Assembly (NCBI GenBank): GCA_000002445.1
Contig: CM000208.1
Span: 1,408,001-1,472,000 of the forward strand
Length of the DNA stretch: 64,000 nt
Reading direction: 5' to 3'
DNA from: Trypanosoma brucei
Lineage: Eukaryota
Within the stretch, counting starts at the first letter, position 1; every line of letters starts with the position of its first letter. Positions 45,001 to 54,000 of the stretch are shown piece by piece. The notes under the pieces were generated by a model. That model worked only from the letters and a program-made list of their open reading frames with translations, ran no database searches and had not been told where the DNA came from. The position numbers were made by a program, and so were the translations under genes.

Positions 45001-48000
45001 CAGTAGCGGAAGCTGCGGCAAACGTTGTCCACTCCACGCTTGATTGGGGTGGTATTACCACGATAGTGTCTAAACCCAAACATCGCACGGCAAGGGAGAG
45101 CGCACGGTTCTGATTTCTTAATATCCACATTGGCTCTAAGCAAACCCGCGGCGCAACCTGCATGTTGTTTGTCACCTCTTTACAGCGACGGGCCCTAAAG
45201 AGGTGCACCTTCTCGCCATCCGCAACGCGAATACATTCTGAACTCATTGGATCATTGCATGCAAACAACCCAGAAGTGTCTGGCGTCGAACTCCCAATCA
45301 TAACACGAATTAACACAGGTGCTTCGGGAGATTGGGCAATCTCTTTTCCCTCCATTAGTGGCATTAGGATGGGAAACTCACGCTTTGGGGCAAGATACTT
45401 ACCCTCTCCTTCACCCAATAACGGTGTGCCAAACTTATCTGCAACCCTAATGGGAAAAGGCAGCATATTCACGAGCACTGCAGGTACACGCACGACAAAC
45501 TTGTCGGGCTCGACACGCTCCATTACCAGTCCCACTACTGGTGTTTCATCACCATCAACGGTACAAACTTTCATTCCAACTGTTGCCCTTTCAGAGAAAT
45601 TTAGGGGAGTTGGTTTCGACGAAGTCAACCGCACACCATTTGGCAGTTGGCATGACAAACTCACGGAATACCCCTCACCAGAAGAAGGTCGCGTAAAATT
45701 GTTATACTCTTCTCCACACTGAACAAAACGTGGCTCGTCCAGGGGGGTGAATTCGTTTCCCCTTGTTGAAATGACGACAGCCAATGTCCCACCAGTGTTG
45801 TTCAGTACCGTTATCATTGGCCGGATACAGAGCTCTACGTCACAACGCTGCATAAGACGAGACTTCGTTGGGTCTTCGACGGGGAAAGCCTTTCGCCTAA
45901 GCGAAAAGAGGACACCAAATGTCTCGTATTCGCATCCCGCTTGATCCCCCTCGGGACCACGAGCCCCTGTGAGCCACAGGGGAAGCACAAGTACATCGTT
46001 TCCCCTCATGTGCCCACGCCGTGCATAGTCTGCACCACTGCACTGGAAGGCAGTATCACGACAACGAACTTTTTGCCCAACCTCCTGGGAATTCGCTGTA
46101 CTTGTGCCCAAACCACCTCTCAGAGGCAGTTCTTCATGTTCTCCAGAAGACAGAAGAACGAACGCACTAATGAGCAACTCCAGTGTAATGAATTCGTCCT
46201 GCTGATCAAAACGCCACTCCTCGCCAACCAACAATGACAGCGGTTGCCTTAAACATGTAAAGGTCATATACCGTGTCTCCTTCGGAGGAACCACGAGGGG
46301 GGAACACGAGGCATCGGGCACAGACACTAAGTGGTCTGTAAGTTCATTTCGAACTGTGACAGGGGTAGTGATATTTACCACATCGTTAACCTCATCGTAC
46401 CGCAGCACGATGTCCAACAGTCCAGCGAAACCATCAGTGAATGGAATTCGATGCGTTGTGACACGGCGAAGGGTTAAAATGTCCACATCAACTTTAGCAT
46501 CTTGCAAAGCACTGCAGCACCGGTCAGAACCATCAACAAATCCACATACTATCCGAAAGCTGGTGAACGTGCGCTGAGGATCCGAAAGCTGCATAAGTTT
46601 ACCGTTCGGCAGCGCATGGAATTCACTGAAAACGTTACCCTTGTTTTGAGAATTATGAGGTCCAAGAACAGTGACTAAGGTAAGAGGAACACCTGTGTTG
46701 TTGCAGAAACCCGGCACACCAACCCACCACCGACTAGGCGAGGGACGCGTCAAGCGGGCAAGCGTGATAAGAGGAAGTGTTATGCTGACTGACTGTAACA
46801 TCAACAAACCCTGGAGTGAGTACCCGTCACCAGCATGCTGCGTGTACTCCACAGTAAATTCCGGTGAAAGTGAGACAACGTTGCAAGGCGGTTGATTAGG
46901 TTGGCAACTCGTCACGTGGAGTGCAGCATATCCCTTGCAACTACCACGGGAGAGGTTTCGTGTAGCCCTCCCGCGTATACATGTACCCGTCAAGGCAAGT
47001 ACAAATTTTTCCCTCGTGAAATCATCCGTTATAACAAACTCAACATGAGGAGCCACCAAACCAAACTCAAACCACGACTCCAGGCCACCAATGCCCGCCG
47101 GTGAGAACGATGTCTGAAAAACGGGTTGATGGGCAATTACGTCCTGGCCTAACGTTCGGCTCAACCCTGTGCATTCCAGGCCAAGCGCTTCAGAGGAATA
47201 AGGAGCACAGCGTGGGTCACAACTCTTAACCAGTTGCCGGATTGAACATATTTCGCGAAATGCTTTTCTCAACAAGTTAGCGATGTTTCCCATTAGCAAA
47301 AGGTATCTCAATGGAACTGTAGAACACACGGGGGGGACTATCATATTTACCTGCGTGGTACTGATGCCTCCACGCGCCCTATCGCCTCTGTGGTACTGGA
47401 TGTCGATGATTAATTCCGAGGGTTCATCGACGGCAGTCAGGGAGTTGCCATACCGTACTGAAACAGGCGAAAGTTTTACGGAACCGCTCTCCCCTACGTA
47501 TTCCACGATACTGGAAGCGCCCTCATAACATTTTTTCTCAACCTCGTATCGAGCACTCGTGCGTCCAAACACGGTCACAGTTTCGTTGTTGGAACACAGT
47601 AAAAGCGTAACTCCACACAAAACGTCGAAACTGACCTTGACATTGCACCATCCAAGTTCGTTCAAAGGCAACAACGAGGGAGGAAATATACTCGTATGTG
47701 CCGTGCTGTGTGAAGAGGATGGTATTCCATCAGGTACAACACAAAAAGATCCCTCCCCAAGAACCACATAATCCGCCACCTTCCCGTGATTTACAATGAA
47801 TGGAACATCTTGAAACACCACGGTAAGTCTCGAATCCACAAGTATAAGTGATTCTAACAAATGGTGGCGGGTGCTAGTCGGGGCAAGGATTACCTTTGCG
47901 GAGCCGATACACCTCACAAAGATTGTGTTTATCGGGTTACCCTGAGCCGAACCCTTCACAAAGCGGAGACGGAACCCACTCTTCCCGCCCAGCAAAAGGT

Positions 48001-51000
48001 CTTTACACAAACAAACGTCGCCGGAAATGGTAATCAACCGACCACAACCCCCTAAGGCAACTGAGGGGCTGCCATCGATCCCGCAGAAGCACTGGAAAGC
48101 ACTTCTGTCCGCGATCTGGCATGATGAAAACCAGTGCACTGCAGTTTGTAGCGTCCGATGAGCTGCTACAGATATGGGTCGCAAGACGTGGTCACTTATA
48201 GCGTTGCATAACTTCGGTGAAACAACCAACCTTAGGGCATGCAATCGTGCGACGTAGCTTACCACTTTTGTCCCAAGTTTCCCACAGGGTCTCATACATT
48301 CACTGTCCAAATTGGGTGAAACAGATGCTTCGCGACATGTCTCCGAGTAATCGATGCAAACGTCTCTGCGAATGTAAATTGCCCGTTTCATCGAAGAATC
48401 TTCGGCGTTTTCAGGAGCTATCGCGGTGATAAACTCACTTTGAATGGCTGAGTCAGCGGCGCTGGTGATGGATAAGACACGTGCAACCACACGTTCTCGC
48501 TGGACAGTTCGCTCCCGCTCAAACGATAATTGATGGAGCTCCACACCGAACAGCACATGATGCCGCCAACCCACAAATTCCCCACCTGACTGCGGTGCAT
48601 ACAACTTAACCGACAAAAACGAGATATAAAAAAGGACCGTGTCGCTACTGAAGGTTTTTGTAGTGGCCGATTCCCCTGTATGCGTCCATGTCGGTTCATT
48701 GTTATGCATAAAGGGTAATATCCCCATCAGAGGGAGGGTCGCCTGCAGCACCGACATCGAACAAGACTCCAGCACATCACCCAGCGGCGCAGACAGTTCA
48801 ATATTCCCAAAACGCATAGACACGTGACGTGACAACTCAAGGAGATTTTTTTCTAGAGAGAACACAAATGAGACGTTCTCAGCGAGAGGCGAAAACAACG
48901 CCGATGGGGATTTGTAGCACAGAGAAGCCCTTTCAATCTTCACCATTAAGCAATCCTTTGCCCTATCCGCGGTGTTCTTCACCTCCACAGCTGGAAACAG
49001 CAGATCCACACTACCATTATTCGAGCACAACGCCGAATCATTTGCAAGAGGGAAAAGACGGACATTGACCTTTTCAATTGTGACATCAATAGACCTCACG
49101 GGCGTCCGCACTCCCTTCGTAGGAAAATGTAGTTTCCGACCCGCATCACCCCACAGATCATTCATGCGAGCCCATAAGCAGATGTAGAATGTGACGTTGT
49201 AGTTATTCAGTATTATACCTCTAGCAGCAACACTCACCTCTTCCGCTCCCGCGACTCTTACCTGCGATTCGGCAACTTCAAAAAATGCTAGCTGGTCCTT
49301 GACCCGCACCACTGACACATGTCGAACGCTGAATTCATACGGAATAGAATGGGAGCTGCTACTGTTGAGGGCTGTCCCCCAACCAAATTTGCCTCTCACC
49401 TCAGAACAGTTCAGCAATGCCACCTGCTCCAGTTGGAGGGAGAGTCCTTTAATGCAAACCTTCACTATGGTTTGCTTTCCGCGATAGGAAGAGCACTCAA
49501 AAGAAGCTGGCGAAAGTTCTTTCATAGGGGTTACATCATTCCTCAGGCCATCAAACCCAGCGCCCTCCCCACTACAGTTGCCACGTGGCCCGTTATACTT
49601 CATGGGGTCAATAATGCAGTGAATCCACGATAGGAAGTCGACGGTATGTGAATTGAGCGCGACCACGAAACTGCGTATCTGTAGCCTAACCTGCTGCTCC
49701 GACACAGAATTCATGATGTCCAGCTGCAGCCCAACGTCACTCGGAAAAGAGTTTGGCCAGCGCTGCGTAGCGCTAAGCGGTCGCAACACCTCACTGTATC
49801 CTGTCGCCGGCTGCCAGTGGACAATAACGTTACCATCACCATCCGAGAGCTCAAATGATCCGTGGAACGTAAGTCCTCCCTTGAACGGTTTCCCTTCACC
49901 GGGCAAAGCAACAGAGGCTAAAGCCAAAACGCCATCGACCTTAGCAACCATAAGTGTGGTGATGCTTTTTGACTCTGCCTCACTAGCCGTGATGTCGGTT
50001 ACCGATCTTCCCACTGCGTCGTCCCCCGTTAAGGAAACGGAAAAAGAGGGGAGATATATAAGCACTGAGAAGAACGCTCCCGTTGAATGCGTGTCTCGTG
50101 CTACCTTTGTTGAGTAGCAGACCGGTGTAGTGCCGACCGCCGACAGTGGCGAGAACCCACCCGAAAAAAAAGGTGATGACGCAAGCGCCCGCAGTGTGCG
50201 ATGAAGTTCCCTTATATGGGAAATGGAAATAACGAAAGAAACATTCTGATCTGCGCCAATTCGAATCAGTCGCCCCATCGACGGCGGTGCCGCCGTGGCC
50301 GAAGATGTACCCGAAGTAAACGCCATTGGTTCACCCTCATCGTTATCCGAAGTCGCAGTAGTGTCCCAGACCCGCCTGGCGTGTAATGCCCCAGCAATAG
50401 GAATTTCAGCCTGTGCCTCCACATTTGGGAATGACAAAGAGGGAAGTTGCGAGAAACCAACAGCTGCTCCCGTTATCTTCGCCGTGTACACAGCAGTGAA
50501 GTGATGCATGGGCCCATCCTTACCCGAATTGTTCTCGGTAACTTCCTTAACTGTAAACCCTGAGGACACATCAAGGCGCTCGACTTGGACTCTTTTCACT
50601 TCATAATCAGTTTTCGGGTAGAACAGAGCATCCCTTACAACGACAGTAATCCTGGATAGCAATAGCTCGGATATAATCGCGCCCGGTCCTGCCTCACAAG
50701 TGCTGTTACCGCTCTTGTCATTGGGAAATACAATGGACACGTACGCAGAGGACTCGTTCACCCCGAAGTGAAGTAAACGAATCAAAGTAGTGCTGTCAAC
50801 ATTCAAACAAACAGATTGAGCCGAAAGTTCTATGGTGCGGATGTAATGGATATGGGTTTCCTCCTTGCTGACCAAATCGGAACTGCATGCTCCTTCAGTT
50901 CCCCCAAACGGCTCAATCACCGTCAAGCAAACTGCACCAACTTGTGCGAGAGCAGGTACGGAATACCTCCCCGTATTGAGTTGCACGGAATCCTGTGTGA

Positions 51001-54000
51001 CACGCACGGCATCCGTGGCCTCCCCGTACGACCAAACGGAGGCGCTCTCATCTAATGCAACTTTGAATTTTCTTTCGAGTGGACCAACGTTGAGTGTTCC
51101 TGACAATGATGGTATATGAAATACCACGAGCGGTTCCCCGGACGGTTCTTCGAGATGCACTGCGCACCTGCGAAGTAAAACATTAAGCACCGATGTGGTA
51201 GCCGGAGGGACGACATTGTTCCCCTCGCGATAAAGGTGTGTTGCGCGTTTGGTCCTTCCCCACTCGGCCAACCAGGTGCGACAAGCAACGACAAACCTTA
51301 GCAGCGCGAGGCACGAGTGGCGTGCAGCAAATACTGTTATGTTGTCGAAGACGCAATCAACGATAACCTCGCTGAGTGGCCCCCGCTGTTTTCGCGTCAC
51401 CCTGGAGATGGAGCTTTTTCCTAGCTCAATCAGTCTCCTTCTGTGGCCTTTAGTAGTCTGATGAATTACCTGCTGTTGTTGCCAGTGAGGCACACCAGGA
51501 AGAAGAACGCGACGACTGGGGGTTGCGTCATCAATGGAAAGGGCATCAAAGCGAATTACGGTTGAGGGCTCACCCCCCGCTGTGCCGTTGGTCGAGTACA
51601 ACTGCATATGTGTATTAATTTCCAGTATAGCTTCTTCATCATCCTCACCTTTTTCGATAAGCGTACATCGAAGCGGCGAGACTGTTGAGAGAACGTAGGT
51701 AGCCATCTTCGGCGCCGATCCACCAGCATCTGGAGGCGCACTGTGGGGACATTTCGGCGTACTGCAAACCTCACAGAAGTTAAAAAGAAATGAACGGATG
51801 AAAGACGCTAGCATTCGTGGCGTTAGCTTCAAACACTGAATTGCACCCCTGGTGGGACTATTACCGACACTAACACCGCCTGCACCATGTTCAACATCGA
51901 CCATGTCTGGAGCGCTTTCAAAGGCAGAGGGATCAATGTTCAATAGTATTGCGAGGTCGTTACTCCCACCGCCAACATGCACGTAATGTTCTTTATCAGC
52001 ACCAGGCACCAGGCGCATCTGACTATTAATTACCGCCGAGGCACGAGAGATGAAGGGCACCATCACGGACTGCGACCCACTTCCTGTGAATAGGTGCCGC
52101 ATCTGCTGAAGTTCTGCAGTTAGTCTGAAGGGTTGTCGGGAAAGTATGTTGCCCGCGGTATCTTTCATCATGTCGTTGTATATGAGGGTAATACGCTCGA
52201 TATCGAGGGTAATGAATGTATCATCTTTCAGGAAGTCGATCCTTTGAGTTGCATCAGTGGCGACAAAAACACTAATGCCGCTGATCTCACTACGGGCGCT
52301 AAAAAAACTTTTCCCAACCCTCCTGTCCTCTCTCTTTGCGGGAGCAACCTTTTCACACGATGCAAGTAAAAAGCCTTGTTTGCTGTAATGTGAGTCAAAC
52401 ACAGAAAACATCTCCATAACGCTTGGCGTCCAATAAATTGAAAGAAGCCGCACCCAATATTCATAAAATATGTGGACACAACCGCCTATGATGTCAAAAC
52501 TCACGTGCGTTCGTGTTGTATCCTCTTCTGATACACCGGACGAACAAAATTTAAAGGTGCTACAGGACGAACTGCCGCGAGTGGATATATTTTTAACTGA
52601 GGAAAATAACACAAATGGTCCCATCGTTTCTCCTCCGACCGCCATGTACTCGATACCTGCTAGAGCTCCATAAGCCTTCACTTTTGTCACCTTTGTTGTG
52701 TCACCCTCAGTCCCGACGCTTCTCTGCAACACCAAATCATTTACAGATACCAAAATAATCCCATCTGCTTCCTCCGAGCAGAACCGGACGTCTAGCCGCC
52801 CAATGTCGACATCGACTACCTGATTACTAAAAACACTTTTCACGGAAGAGGTCTTGGTCGACGTTTCAGTGTCATTGGGGAGAGCACCATCCCTTTCCAC
52901 AGCCCGAGCAACACCACCAAAAAAGCGAGCGGCTAAATCTGACGCTGATAACGACTGTCGCCAAAGGGAGGCGTAGGCACCCAGTAGCACCTCCACGCAG
53001 CAAACCAGAGAACTACATATTACAACCTGCGCTGCAACCGCTGTGAGGGAAAGTGAAGCTGCATACGGGACGTACTTCGCAGTGAAATTCTCGAGCACAA
53101 GCATGTACTGCCCACAGGGCGAACAAACATGTAGTTCTGGTGACCGCACCGCAGCGACCATATGTTTACCACCCTCCGAGATGCTTGTCTCCACTCTAAG
53201 CGCACGACTACCTTCAAACGTTAGTGAAGACACCGAAGGATGGTGTTCACCTCCATCCATGCAGTGCGGTAGATCAATATACCCAACATCTTTACCAGCG
53301 ATATCTTGCACAATTACTCTCCCAGAGTATATCACCAGTTCAACACCTTCCATAAAAAGCATATCCCGCTGCGTAGGAACCGCTCCCACACTTACTTCTC
53401 CATGCGGCACCTGTTCATTGGTGCTTTTAAGTGCCTGCGCCGCCCACTTCGCACTGTCGCACGCGTACTTGTACAAAACGGCAAGGTAGTTACGACACTG
53501 AGATGCTGGAAATGTAAATGTACTGTTCCCGACAGACAGAACCGTATCGGATTCAAGGCGCCATTCGCTACCGTTTTCAGTGATGTGCTGCAGGAGAGCC
53601 TGCAGTGTGTCTCTGTCAAGAAGCGACAAGTTGCTTAGATGATCAGAAATAATGGCAAAAAACAGTGGCTCGACAGTCAATTCGGCCCGCAGGGTTCCAA
53701 AAAGAGGCACACCCTTCTCAAATGTGACGACTACTACAACATCCCACAAAGTTAGTACGCTTGAAGTACCTGTGCATCGGATACTGATTGGAGTTTCAAC
53801 ACCAGAAACAAGCTTCCACGACACCTGCGGCTCTCGTCCAAGTTTGGAAAGGTAAATGTTGTTGACACACAAAGTGAGGTTGCGTTGACACGACCAGGCA
53901 GATGCCAGAGGAACAGAAACGATAACTCCGTCCACACAAATATCAATTGCGGAAAATGTTTTGGCCGTTTGGCATTTGGAAGGGTTGCAGCTTCGGTTGG